The translations under genes and the position numbers were made by a program. 64,000 nt of DNA, from NCBI GenBank assembly GCA_021785935.1, contig JAJYOG010000001.1, positions 192,743 to 256,742 of the forward strand, written 5' to 3'. The notes below the pieces were generated by a model. It did no database searches, was not told the origin of the DNA, and saw only the letters and a program-made list of their open reading frames with translations. The DNA is from Actinomycetes bacterium. GTDB lineage: Bacteria > Actinomycetota > Thermoleophilia > BMS3ABIN01. Below, one piece after another: positions 17,150 through 26,422 of this stretch (positions within the stretch are counted from its first letter, which is position 1; every line of letters begins with the position of its first letter).

Positions 17150-17391
17150 TGTGCCTCCACTTCCGGTTTATAGATTTCAAAAACCAGGCCGGCAACCGTG
17201 AGCGCACTCCTCACGCTGGCGAGATCGCCTGCGAGGACTTCGATGGCCAGCCCGCAGAGGGTCGAAATCGCATCGGGGGGCCTGGGCACTACATCGCACC
17301 AGAAGCCGCCATCGATGATCGCCTCCTCGGCCGACATGGCCCGGTGGGTTGTGTCGAACAGAAGGACGACCGTATCCCGGTCTTCGGTCAC
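17146..17391 (-). CDS. DUF3343-like small protein (putative S/Se carrier-like)
   Basis: Core VVLLFDTTHRAMSAEE...CGLAIEV resembles DUF3343. I chose GTG at 17391 because the longer ORF would overlap the upstream gene by >130 nt. Confidence 0.55.
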   Translation of the reverse strand: MTEDRDTVVLLFDTTHRAMSAEEAIIDGGFWCDVVPRPPDAISTLCGLAIEVLAGDLASVRSALTVAGLVFEIYKPEVEAH

Positions 17392-17401
17392 GTCAGCATC
17401 T

Positions 17402-18226
17402 CTAACCGATAACCCGGAACACCATCTGGTTCCCCGGGACAATCTCGAATACACTGGCGGCGTTGCCCTGGTTGACCGAGAAAGATATCTTGCCGTAGGA
17501 ATCCTCATACACCAGGATTTCCTCCGGATCCACATCGGCGAAAGAGTGCACGTAGGGGGCCTTCAGTTTTTCTTCACCGTGAACCACTTCGACGAGCGTG
17601 GTGCCCACCTTGGCGCCGATCTGCTGAAGCTGCTGGGGGCTTAGCTGCAGCTGAACATTGCCAAAGCGGTCCGTGTAGATGACCGTTGCCGTGATGCCGT
17701 GCTCGGAGATATCCGGTTCGGGCAGATCAATGTGGGTAAGACTCTCAACAGCTAATGGTGCTCCCAACTTTTCGAGAGGAACTCCCTTGGTCAAATGAGC
17801 CGCCGCGGGCGAAAAAAGATCGCGGCCTTCGAACGTCTTGCAAACCTTGGGCAGGCTGTAGGATGAGCAGGTAAGCTCGACCGCCGCCGCCGCGCCCCCC
17901 AAAGACGCCGTTGCCAGTGAAAGCAGGCCGTTATCCGGGCCTACGAGGTAACGCTCTTGCGCCGTGCGGATGGCGACAGGCTTGCGATGCCCGCCGACGC
18001 CCGGGTCGACCACGGCCAGGATCACGCTTTCAGGAAGATAAGGAAGAGTGTTATCGAGAATGACGGCTCCCTGCTGGATGTCATGACGCCGCACACCGTG
18101 GGTGATGTCGATGATCTCTACCTCTGGCGAGATCTGCTTGATGACACCATGGCAGGTGCCGACAAAATCGTCGGCCATGCCGAAATCGCTTAGGAAGGTA
18201 ATGAATTTTGGTTCCGCCATGGCCAC
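17402..18226 (-). CDS. SAM hydroxide adenosyltransferase (DUF62, chlorinase/fluorinase-family SAM hydrolase)
   Basis: N-terminus ITFLSDFGMADDFVGTCHGVI, and VVDPGVG, characteristic of DUF62. Confidence 0.85.
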   Translation of the reverse strand: MAMAEPKFITFLSDFGMADDFVGTCHGVIKQISPEVEIIDITHGVRRHDIQQGAVILDNTLPYLPESVILAVVDPGVGGHRKPVAIRTAQERYLVGPDNGLLSLATASLGGAAAAVELTCSSYSLPKVCKTFEGRDLFSPAAAHLTKGVPLEKLGAPLAVESLTHIDLPEPDISEHGITATVIYTDRFGNVQLQLSPQQLQQIGAKVGTTLVEVVHGEEKLKAPYVHSFADVDPEEILVYEDSYGKISFSVNQGNAASVFEIVPGNQMVFRVIG

Positions 18227-18351
18227 CCTCGCTTGTTAGCCGCTGCCAGTATATAACAATATCGTTCTTTCCCTCCGCCACGGGTGATAAACTTGCTCTC
18301 TATGCGCACCTATCTGCTCAAGGAAGCAAAAACGCCGCCGCGGGATTAGTT

Positions 18352-18792
18352 ATGACCACTAAGCTTGAGATTTTTCTAGCTCGCATGCGCGAAGCCCGCG
18401 CCTTCCACAAGCAGGTTCAGGATGAGTGGAAGGCAGATGGCCTGGAGTTCAAAGGCATCGACGAGTTCCCTCTTACGAAAGATACCGGCCGCCCGGGGCG
18501 TGCAGATGTGCATGTTCGGGTTGAAGCAGACCACCTCGCCTTCATCGAAATTAAGTACACCTTTTGGGATGGAAAGCTCGAAAGGAACATTCGCCGTCTG
18601 ATTAGCCGCTATGCGCGGCAACTCTATAGTTATATGGATGGCAGCGACCTGCACGGGAAGTCATTTGAGAGGCTCGACAAAACCCTAGGCATCGTTTTCC
18701 CGCAACGGCCAAAAGCTGACGGTCTTGCTGAATTAATCGAAGAAGCCTTTGGCGAATACGGCATACAGGTCGTCTGGCACGATATGCCCTAG
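18352..18792 (+). CDS. Hypothetical protein with a PD-(D/E)XK-like motif
   Basis: ATG at 18352 (MTTKLEIF...). GRADVHV ... AFIEIKYT fits D...ExK spacing. No other recognisable domain. Confidence 0.5.
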   Translation: MTTKLEIFLARMREARAFHKQVQDEWKADGLEFKGIDEFPLTKDTGRPGRADVHVRVEADHLAFIEIKYTFWDGKLERNIRRLISRYARQLYSYMDGSDLHGKSFERLDKTLGIVFPQRPKADGLAELIEEAFGEYGIQVVWHDMP

Positions 18793-19011
18793 AGACCGGT
18801 TTTGACTGGTCAAAGAATTGAGTAAATTAATTCAATACATTGAGTAATTTGTAAAGGCCCCGCAAAAACAGCACTTTAAAGGTGCCACACCAGAAAAATG
18901 TTGATGGACGCTGGTATCTCCTCGCTCAAAGAAACTGAATTTCCATTGCATTATTGTAATACATAATAATACAATGTAATCCGCTGGGCATGCGAATCAG
19001 CTATTGAGCTG

Positions 19012-19317
19012 ATGTGGAAATTGGAGCGATTGTTGAGAGTCAGGGTTCGCAAGCTCATTTGGGACACTTGGAACATTGCCCATATAGCCAGACGGCAGAT
19101 TACGCCAGAAGATATCGACTGGCTTCTTGCCGGCATTCATTGCAGGCCGCGATTCGATAGAAGCCGAAACAGGACTTTGGCCGTTTGGGGCAAGGACAAA
19201 CGTGACCCTTATCTACTTCTGATCCTGGCCGAAAGGGGTCTGGGAGTTTACTACCCGGTAACTTCGAGGCCAATGACCAGCCGTGAAAAGAGCCGTTTTA
19301 AGGAATTTTCAAAATGA
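19012..19317 (+). CDS. BrnT-like (DUF497-related) toxin
   Basis: WDTWNIAHIARRQITPEDI and the C-terminal YYPVTSRPMTSREKSRF resemble BrnT-type toxins. ATGA overlap with the downstream antitoxin gene. Confidence 0.5.
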   Translation: MWKLERLLRVRVRKLIWDTWNIAHIARRQITPEDIDWLLAGIHCRPRFDRSRNRTLAVWGKDKRDPYLLLILAERGLGVYYPVTSRPMTSREKSRFKEFSK

Positions 19318-19610
19318 GCGAAAAAAAGAAAAAAGAAAAGCCGGAAGGCAACGTGCCGAGTTTCAATTCTCCAGAAGAAGAGGCGGCATTTTGGGAAAGT
19401 CACAGCCCGCTCGACTTTCCCGGGGAGTTCGAAGAAGTTGAAGCGGATATCGACAGGCCACTACGCCACGAGCGTGTGCTTTCGATCAGGCTAGACGAGA
19501 TAACTGTAACCAAAATGGAAGCACTTGCGCGTCAACGCCACATTGGCAAAAGTACTTTGGCGCGCATGTTGATCGTTCAGGGTCTGGAGAAATTCAGCCG
19601 CACCGGGTAG
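19314..19610 (+). CDS. BrnA/CopG-like antitoxin
   Basis: EEEAAFWESHSPLDF N-terminal motif and a C-terminal ribbon-helix-helix (LSIRLDE...LARQRHIGKSTLARMLI). Confidence 0.65.
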   Translation: MSEKKKKEKPEGNVPSFNSPEEEAAFWESHSPLDFPGEFEEVEADIDRPLRHERVLSIRLDEITVTKMEALARQRHIGKSTLARMLIVQGLEKFSRTG

Positions 19611-19674
19611 TTTCAGTGGAAGACAATTCGTAGTTAGATTCAACAGATTGAACGCTGGCTACTCAGTCGTTAGC

Positions 19675-20313
19675 TCAGGCGGCCGCCTGAGCGGGCTCGC
19701 TGACGGCAGCCATTTCCTGCGGCCTGCCGCCGGCGCTCACCGAAGATTCCGCCCTTTTCTTTATCTGCAGCAGCGCTCTTTGCTCCATCATGAAACGAAT
19801 TGGCTCCAGTCCGTATTTGTTCCAGACCAGGCCGGCAAAGTTACGTGAAAAGTCGATTCGCGAACGTGCAACCAGGCGCGTGGTTTCGGCATTAATTTCC
19901 GTCAGCATGAAAGTCCAGGTGCCAAACGGCTTCCCTTCGGAGAAGACTTCAGTTTGGCTACCGGGTGTTCCCAGCACAAGGTGACGGCCATGATCGACTG
20001 CAGATATTTCATATTGCAGGCCCAGGAGTTTTTCCAGCCAGTTCAGGCCGTCGAATCCGTCATTCCCCTGTGCCATTCGCAGCAGCCATGACCAGACTAC
20101 GGAGGCGGGAGCATTGACAGTAACCGCGTGATTGGCTGTGTACTTCGGATTGGTAATGACTTCGTCGGCGGGCATGGGCACGACCGCCTCGTCGTCGGTC
20201 GCGCCCCAGCTGAGCATACGCGGCCGAACAAGTAGCGCGTAACCACCTCCGGCAGCCGCCGCAGCTAAAACCGCCATCCTGGTTTTAAAGAATTTCCCGC
20301 GCGACAGTCTCAT
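19675..20313 (-). CDS. SRPBCC (START/polyketide cyclase-like) family protein with an N-terminal hydrophobic segment
   Basis: Size and pattern (VWSWLLRM..., TWTFMLTEINAETTRLVARSR) are typical of SRPBCC proteins. Confidence 0.55.
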   Translation of the reverse strand: MRLSRGKFFKTRMAVLAAAAAGGGYALLVRPRMLSWGATDDEAVVPMPADEVITNPKYTANHAVTVNAPASVVWSWLLRMAQGNDGFDGLNWLEKLLGLQYEISAVDHGRHLVLGTPGSQTEVFSEGKPFGTWTFMLTEINAETTRLVARSRIDFSRNFAGLVWNKYGLEPIRFMMEQRALLQIKKRAESSVSAGGRPQEMAAVSEPAQAAA

Positions 20314-20337
20314 TAGTTATGTCTCCTCTCTAGCCGT

Positions 20338-21129
20338 TCAGATTACATGCAGACTGAGCGCACCGAGCGCCACGCTGGCGGAAATGCTCAGCACCGGTGA
20401 GTTGCCTGCAACGGCGGCCTCTGTCCAGAAAGCTCCTTCCTTCTTCGTGAGCCCGTCGCCGATGTCGAGGCTGCCGAGGACCGAACCCGGCGTGATCTTT
20501 GCCGCGGTGGCCGCGGGAATCCGCATCTTGAGGGTAGAGACACCGGCATTCATTTTGACCGAGGCGTCCCGGCGCAGCTCACCGGAAAAATCGAAATTGT
20601 AGGTCGCGGCGCCTCCGTCCATAGTCATCTTTACGAAGTTGGCGTTGGCCAGATTGCGCATCGTCAGGGTCACGGCCCCGGCATCGATGTCGATTTCTTC
20701 CATCTCGACGGGATTGGGAGCCGGGAAATCGACCTCGCATTTGCCGGCTCCCTTCTTGATAACCAGGCGTGTCAGAGGCAGGGCGCCGAGGTCAAAGACG
20801 CTGTCGCTGGCGCCGGTTTCAACGTTTAGCGCAAACGGCTTCGTCCTGTTTAACTCAAGCTCCATCCGCGGCGCTCCCGAAAATGGTGTCTTGAAAGCGG
20901 AAAGGCTGCTTTGCTGCGTAATCTTTACCGACCCGTAGCCCTTATCCATAATCTTGGAAGCCAGCCCACCGCTGGGGTCGTCGTACGTTCCAGTGATCCA
21001 AGCGGCGGTGGCGCCGGCGCTTTCAGACGGCTTTACCCGCAGGCGGCAGGCGCCGACGCTGATCTTCAGTTCAAGCTTCCCCGCATCGGGATAAGGAACT
21101 TCGATCTTTGTAAGTTCACGGGTTTCCAT
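20338..21129 (-). CDS. Beta-helical toast-rack protein (DUF4097/DUF2154-like, LiaF C-terminal-like)
   Basis: ATG at 21129 with GAGGAGG upstream. Repetitive beta-strand pattern (KISVGACRLRV, NVETGASDSVF, DIDAGAVTLTM, TMDGGAATYNF, KMNAGVSTLKM). Confidence 0.55.
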   Translation of the reverse strand: METRELTKIEVPYPDAGKLELKISVGACRLRVKPSESAGATAAWITGTYDDPSGGLASKIMDKGYGSVKITQQSSLSAFKTPFSGAPRMELELNRTKPFALNVETGASDSVFDLGALPLTRLVIKKGAGKCEVDFPAPNPVEMEEIDIDAGAVTLTMRNLANANFVKMTMDGGAATYNFDFSGELRRDASVKMNAGVSTLKMRIPAATAAKITPGSVLGSLDIGDGLTKKEGAFWTEAAVAGNSPVLSISASVALGALSLHVI

Positions 21130-21426
21130 AAGTTGGCCTCCTCGGCAACAGATAGATGCAGAATTTTCTCGTACTTTCGCGTTTTCCCGCGAGGGGCGCT
21201 GTTCAAACACGGGGGGGACTCGAAGGGATAAAAAAGGCGAAAAAATAATAAACGAGTCGTAGGTCTCAAGCTTCCGATTTAAGAAACAGCAGACATGCGG
21301 AGGGAGGAAAAAGGAATGCGTTTGTTGGAAAAAGTGAGTTTCTTGGGAAAATTAACTGAATTCGCCGAAAAAAAGTTTTGTTTTCGTCACCCGTATATTT
21401 TTCTCCGCAGAAGCGGAGAAACCAGT

Positions 21427-23590
21427 GTTTCAATCCTTGTTCTAATGGATCATCCTCGTTGGCCCGACCATCTTGTCGGCTTCCCAGTGACGGTAAGCTT
21501 GTTTCAATCCTTGTTCTAATGGATCATCCTCGTTGGCGTGCCTCAAGATGCTCAGGATTCACACAAGCACGATGTTTCAATCCTTGTTCTAATGGATCAT
21601 CCTCGTTGGCTCTCCAAGGCTCGAACGCTGCTGTTCCCCCAGGCTTGTTTCAATCCTTGTTCTAATGGATCATCCTCGTTGGCTTTTTACCTTGGATATT
21701 CGGAGCGGAAAGCATTTTGCGTTTCAATCCTTGTTCTAATGGATCATCCTCGTTGGCAGATTTGCATACCACCGTTTTAAGACCTCCTAAACAGTGTTTC
21801 AATCCTTGTTCTAATGGATCATCCTCGTTGGCTGGACCCTGTGCCGGATGCGATCTACAAAGCTATGACGTTTCAATCCTTGTTCTAATGGATCATCCTC
21901 GTTGGCGCGAGCTGGTAATAATCGATGATCTGGCAACCGTCAGTTTCAATCCTTGTTCTAATGGATCATCCTCGTTGGCGTAACGCGCTCTTCCGGGACG
22001 CGCCGGAGGTCCTTGTTTCAATCCTTGTTCTAATGGATCATCCTCGTTGGCCCAAGCAGGTTGAGGACGATGATCTGCTTGTCATGTGGTTTCAATCCTT
22101 GTTCTAATGGATCATCCTCGTTGGCTAGCCACGAGTTGTCATCGCGGTAGATTCCGCTGGGAGTTTCAATCCTTGTTCTAATGGATCATCCTCGTTGGCC
22201 GATCGCGTTTGCCAACCAGAAGTGGAAGGACATCGGTTTCAATCCTTGTTCTAATGGATCATCCTCGTTGGCCGCTCCCAAATGAGCTTCTTGAGGTCGG
22301 CGAGGTCGGGTTTCAATCCTTGTTCTAATGGATCATCCTCGTTGGCTGCTCATTGCAATTACCGCCAACGCGACAATTGCCTGTTTCAATCCTTGTTCTA
22401 ATGGATCATCCTCGTTGGCCAACCCTGCGAAAAAACAGTACACGTGTGACTGGTTGTTTCAATCCTTGTTCTAATGGATCATCCTCGTTGGCCCGAACTA
22501 GCCGCGCTCAAAAATGATATTGAGGAAAGTTTCAATCCTTGTTCTAATGGATCATCCTCGTTGGCAGAAAGTAAAAAAAGACTAGAGGCTATTACGCTTC
22601 TGGTTTCAATCCTTGTTCTAATGGATCATCCTCGTTGGCAATTGCATCTGCCGACTATCGAATCTCAATTGTCTGGGTTTCAATCCTTGTTCTAATGGAT
22701 CATCCTCGTTGGCCAGAGCCAGAGAAGCCAGTCCCCCTCTGCCTACCGGGTTTCAATCCTTGTTCTAATGGATCATCCTCGTTGGCCCACCGCCTGCCAG
22801 CTACAGGCAGGCCAGGAAATGTGTTTCAATCCTTGTTCTAATGGATCATCCTCGTTGGCGCTTTACCGCATTCCCGAAATTCTTCCCCATAGGCGGTTTC
22901 AATCCTTGTTCTAATGGATCATCCTCGTTGGCCCGGTCTTGCTGTCGTATTTCTCGATGACACCGGGTTTCAATCCTTGTTCTAATGGATCATCCTCGTT
23001 GGCTTTTGTTCTTGGCAATGGGTTGCTCAACAGCTCAGGTTTCAATCCTTGTTCTAATGGATCATCCTCGTTGGCTTATTGCGACCTTTTTCACCTTTCC
23101 CCTCCCCAAGAGTGTTTCAATCCTTGTTCTAATGGATCATCCTCGTTGGCACGGATTCGATGCCCGCTTCCAGGCTGTCAAAAAAAGTTTCAATCCTTGT
23201 TCTAATGGATCATCCTCGTTGGCGTAATCGCTATTCTCATGCCCCGCCGTATGATGCAGAGTTTCAATCCTTGTTCTAATGGATCATCCTCGTTGGCCAG
23301 CGGCCCAGTGCTATGTAACGCCGCCGTTCTAATGTTTCAATCCTTGTTCTAATGGATCATCCTCGTTGGCCCCGCCGTAACCGGCGGGTATTGATTGCCC
23401 TGTTTTGTTTCAATCCTTGTTCTAATGGATCATCCTCGTTGGCCCAGACAAAATAAACTGAGTGGCAAAGGTATGACGGTTTCAATCCTTGTTCTAATGG
23501 ATCATCCTCGTTGGCATCGCGGTAGTCACAGCAGCGAAGAGGTATTTGCAGGAGTTTCAATCCTTGTTCTAATGGATCATCCTCGTTGGC
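21427..23590 (-). CRISPR. CRISPR array: 30 identical 37-nt repeats, 29 spacers of 34-38 nt
   Basis: Plus-strand repeat is GTTTCAATCCTTGTTCTAATGGATCATCCTCGTTGGC, with starts at 21427, 21501, 21574 ... 23554. The reverse complement ends in ATTGAAAC, so transcription is inferred on the minus strand, co-oriented with the cas genes. Confidence 0.98.
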
Positions 23591-23762
23591 CGCGATTTTT
23601 GGGTCCCATTAAGGCTTTGCAGGCTTTTTCTGACCACTGCTAACCTAAAGTGGAAGCCTCCTTTCTCCATTTACACCTCCCGACGCTGACTAATTCATCC
23701 CAAATGAACAACATTTGCATCGCGGCTGACCTGTTTTTGCAGGTCCTTTGGCAAGAAACCGC
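23591..23762 (-). promoter_or_regulatory. Putative CRISPR leader (between the cas4 stop and the first repeat)
   Basis: 172-nt non-coding segment adjoining the cas-proximal end of the array. Position and orientation are inferred from the repeat polarity. Confidence 0.6.
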
Positions 23763-24389
23763 CTAAACGCAAATATTTCTATAACAACAGTCGTGGCATC
23801 GAACCCTATATTTCGTCCTGGCTGGTAGACAACAAGTTTCTACTATCGAAAATATCTTGTCAACGACACCGCGCGCCTCACGCTCAACGTCATTATTAAC
23901 AGCCACTTCGATTAATTTGCTGCCTTCACGCACGTAAGCCAAGAATCCGCGCGTTACAGGCCGGTCATAGGACTTGCGAACAAGAAGGCTGTATAGAACG
24001 ATCTGAATCCGATGCGTTCGGAATGCCATATCCCGATATGGCGTATATTTATAATCCAAAGGAGCAAGGCTTCCATCCTCAAGAGTAAGGACTTCATCTA
24101 CGATTCCGCGCACCTTCATCTCCGGCGACGCCAAATATACATTCAGGCTTCTACCCGTAGCCCCAATTTTTTTCCTCAAATATTCACGATTTTCATTTGT
24201 CCTTCTTTTATGGACCTCCCGGCCTTTGAGTACTTTATAGCGATTGTCTTCGTGTTGAGGAATCTCCAGGCATCTCATGAAATAGATGAAGCGGGGACAA
24301 TATATGTACTCGATCACCTCCGACGGGGTGATCATTGGCGTTGCCTCGGTATCGTCTCTCGAAAGCGCGGCCTTTATTGGTTCAACCAT
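23763..24389 (-). CDS. cas4: CRISPR-associated exonuclease Cas4
   Basis: N-terminal Cys (YCPRFIYF), RecB motif DEV...PLDYKYT, and a C-terminal CxxCxxxxxC cluster (CHDCCYRNIC). The start may instead be the internal ATG (MITPSE). Confidence 0.9.
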   Translation of the reverse strand: MVEPIKAALSRDDTEATPMITPSEVIEYIYCPRFIYFMRCLEIPQHEDNRYKVLKGREVHKRRTNENREYLRKKIGATGRSLNVYLASPEMKVRGIVDEVLTLEDGSLAPLDYKYTPYRDMAFRTHRIQIVLYSLLVRKSYDRPVTRGFLAYVREGSKLIEVAVNNDVEREARGVVDKIFSIVETCCLPARTKYRVRCHDCCYRNICV

Positions 24390-24407
24390 TACGTTGTCCG
24401 TAAAAAA

Positions 24408-24713
24408 TCATGTTATGAGCGCCCGAATTTCATCTGTAACAAGTTTCTTATCAAACGCCTGCCCCTGTAGAATCACTTTGTGAAAATCCTGTTCGCACAT
24501 GGGAAAGATATACACCTTGTCAGTTTCCTCATCGATTTGGTCTTCGATGGTCATGGATAGCTCATCCAGACGGTTGCGTTCGATGGTCCCCAGGAAGACG
24601 GATTTCTGGACGCGATAAAGTCCGGCGTCCTTGCAATGCTTCGCAACCCGCGCACGCGGCCGGTTTTCAGAGATGTCATAGATGATCCAGACGAGCTGGT
24701 CGGTTTTTTTCAC
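24408..24713 (-). CDS. cas2: CRISPR-associated endoribonuclease Cas2
   Basis: 101 aa. IIYDISENRPRARVAKHCKDAGLYRVQKSVFLG is typical of Cas2. Confidence 0.92.
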   Translation of the reverse strand: MKKTDQLVWIIYDISENRPRARVAKHCKDAGLYRVQKSVFLGTIERNRLDELSMTIEDQIDEETDKVYIFPMCEQDFHKVILQGQAFDKKLVTDEIRALIT

Positions 24714-24716
24714 GGC

Positions 24717-25688
24717 TTATTCCTTGATTAGCTTATTGGCAAAGGCGTGACAGTCGAGCTGAACGGAGTCCCGGCGCTTAATGTTCCGTCCCTTATGCCG
24801 GATGCTTTGCGCAAGGAAATCTGAGAAGCGGCCCATTAGGACAGCTTTTCCGTCCTGGTTCAATGTCATACCGTTTTCGAGTTTATCGAACATGTCCTGT
24901 TTGATCTGTCGCGATGCAAACAACCCAATAACAGATTCATCAGCCCAGATGCGATAGTTTTCAATGAGGTCGAAGACTAGTGATTTCTTGTTGTAGTTGT
25001 CTGTGTGAATGAAGCCGACGAAAGGATCCAGACCGGCGAGAATACAGCTTCGCTCGACGGTTCCATATAGAACTCCGTACGAATAATTGAGCAGGCAGTT
25101 GAACTCGTTCTTGGCGGGATTTCGGCTGCGCCCATTGAAGCGATATTTTTCAGGCAAAAGGAGACTGACTGTTTTCCAGTAAACACGGCCGGCGTTGCCT
25201 TCGATCCCCAGGATCGTGTTGCGCCGTTCACCCAGGCTTCCCTTGAGGCCCTCCAGTTGTTTGCATAATGGCGTTAGCTGCGAAATTCCATGAGTTATTT
25301 CGGAGGATAGACGCGTGCGCCGTTTTCGCATCCGTTCGAGCAGATCAATCTGGTTGTCGAATTTCTTTCGCACCCATCCGAGCGCGATGTTGAGGCCGAG
25401 TTGTTTTTCGACGGCTTCCAACTGTTTGCGCCGGATTTGGGCAGTCGAACCCATCTTGGAATGCCAGACTCGGCCAAATGGATTGCCGAACTTATCGAGA
25501 AAAATGATGTCGATGTTGTTCTCGATCGCCAATTGAATGGCATCGGTGGACATGGTGGCAGCAGTAGTGATGAGGATGGAACGGACTTTCCGTGCGGAGA
25601 CCTCGCTGACAACGTCATCAACCTTAACCTGGAAGAGTTCCCCCCGGCGGCGAAGATATGCTCCGTATGTGTTGATGATGAGTTGCAT
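24717..25688 (-). CDS. cas1: CRISPR-associated endonuclease Cas1
   Basis: Cas1 motifs (GFIHTDNYNKKSLVFDLIENYR). Start taken at MQLIINTYG (ATG 25688). Confidence 0.92.
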   Translation of the reverse strand: MQLIINTYGAYLRRRGELFQVKVDDVVSEVSARKVRSILITTAATMSTDAIQLAIENNIDIIFLDKFGNPFGRVWHSKMGSTAQIRRKQLEAVEKQLGLNIALGWVRKKFDNQIDLLERMRKRRTRLSSEITHGISQLTPLCKQLEGLKGSLGERRNTILGIEGNAGRVYWKTVSLLLPEKYRFNGRSRNPAKNEFNCLLNYSYGVLYGTVERSCILAGLDPFVGFIHTDNYNKKSLVFDLIENYRIWADESVIGLFASRQIKQDMFDKLENGMTLNQDGKAVLMGRFSDFLAQSIRHKGRNIKRRDSVQLDCHAFANKLIKE

Positions 25689-25750
25689 GCTGTTTCCGAT
25701 CCTTGATTGATATTGCGGCCTTTCTTCCGAACGCAAAGAAGTTTTCCATA

Positions 25751-26422
25751 CTATTTTTTTCTAATTCTTTTCAACCATCCGTAACCGTGGCTTACCGCTC
25801 GCCCAATCGCGACGTCATCCGGTATATCCGCATTAGTAACCAAAGTTCCAAGAAAGCCAAGAAAAGTCTGATCTTTGTATCTGCAAGCAACTGATCTTCT
25901 AACCTGAAAAGCTGCGTACAACTGCGCAGGAAACTCAATCTTTAGTCCGCGTAAAGCGGTAAGTAAATTTCCTACCGCAATTCGATCTCGCTCATACGTT
26001 TGTTCAACCCTAGCCATCTTCCTGTAAGATTCGTAATTCATCTGATTGAACGGGATCCATGGAGTTACGAAATAGTAGCGTGTCAATTTTCGAGCAACAG
26101 CAACGCTCCGAATAGAAAATTCGAGTTCGACATCAACAACTTTTGCGGAAATACTTCCTATTTGCATCGTTTGGTCAAGAAAGGGCAACCGTGCTAAAAG
26201 ATGAGCTCCTTCATAAAAACCAGCCAAGATACCTTTGCTTTTTAGCCCTCGATAATGAACGAGAGGATAGCGATAAATAAGACCGGCACTTCCGTGTTGA
26301 TGAAGGAGAGGTTCGTCGGGGAACAAATTTGCCAGGGCACCTCGTAAAAGGTGAGGCCGTATAACAACGACGTCATTTTGGTCAAAGGATAAACTCAAAC
26401 AGGCTGTCGGTATTTCGCTCAT
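25751..26422 (-). CDS. cas6: Cas6-family CRISPR RNA endoribonuclease (variant)
   Basis: RAMP-like protein with RYPLVHYRG and a C-terminal glycine-rich loop (AIGRAVSHGYGWL). It sits in the cas operon and overlaps the cas3 stop by 4 nt. Confidence 0.7.
   Translation of the reverse strand: MSEIPTACLSLSFDQNDVVVIRPHLLRGALANLFPDEPLLHQHGSAGLIYRYPLVHYRGLKSKGILAGFYEGAHLLARLPFLDQTMQIGSISAKVVDVELEFSIRSVAVARKLTRYYFVTPWIPFNQMNYESYRKMARVEQTYERDRIAVGNLLTALRGLKIEFPAQLYAAFQVRRSVACRYKDQTFLGFLGTLVTNADIPDDVAIGRAVSHGYGWLKRIRKK

Noticed and set aside
17392-17535. Longer start for the DUF3343-like gene (track ORF 17146..17535)
   Set aside because: It would overlap the SAM hydrolase gene by >130 nt, and the extra residues are Arg/Ser/Trp-rich junk. 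GTG 17391 was chosen instead, though the exact start is uncertain.
21403-21418. Small hairpin CTCCGC AGAA GCGGAG at the distal end of the CRISPR array, considered as an array terminator
   Set aside because: On the inferred transcript (minus strand) it is followed by A's, not U's. The stem is only 6 bp.
23298-23333. A spacer ending in GTTCTAAT, identical to an internal segment of the repeat
   Set aside because: The match is only 8 nt and the rest of the spacer is unrelated. It is probably coincidence rather than a degenerate repeat.
22126-23553. Spacers at 22126..22162 and 23516..23553 share the 10-mer ATCGCGGTAG
   Set aside because: The flanking bases do not align. With ~1 kb of spacer sequence, one chance 10-mer match is roughly expected.
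21295-23643. About ten overlapping plus-strand ORFs with the recurring peptides SILVLMDHPRW and FNPCSNGSSSLA
   Set aside because: They are translations of the CRISPR repeat in different frames, not genes.
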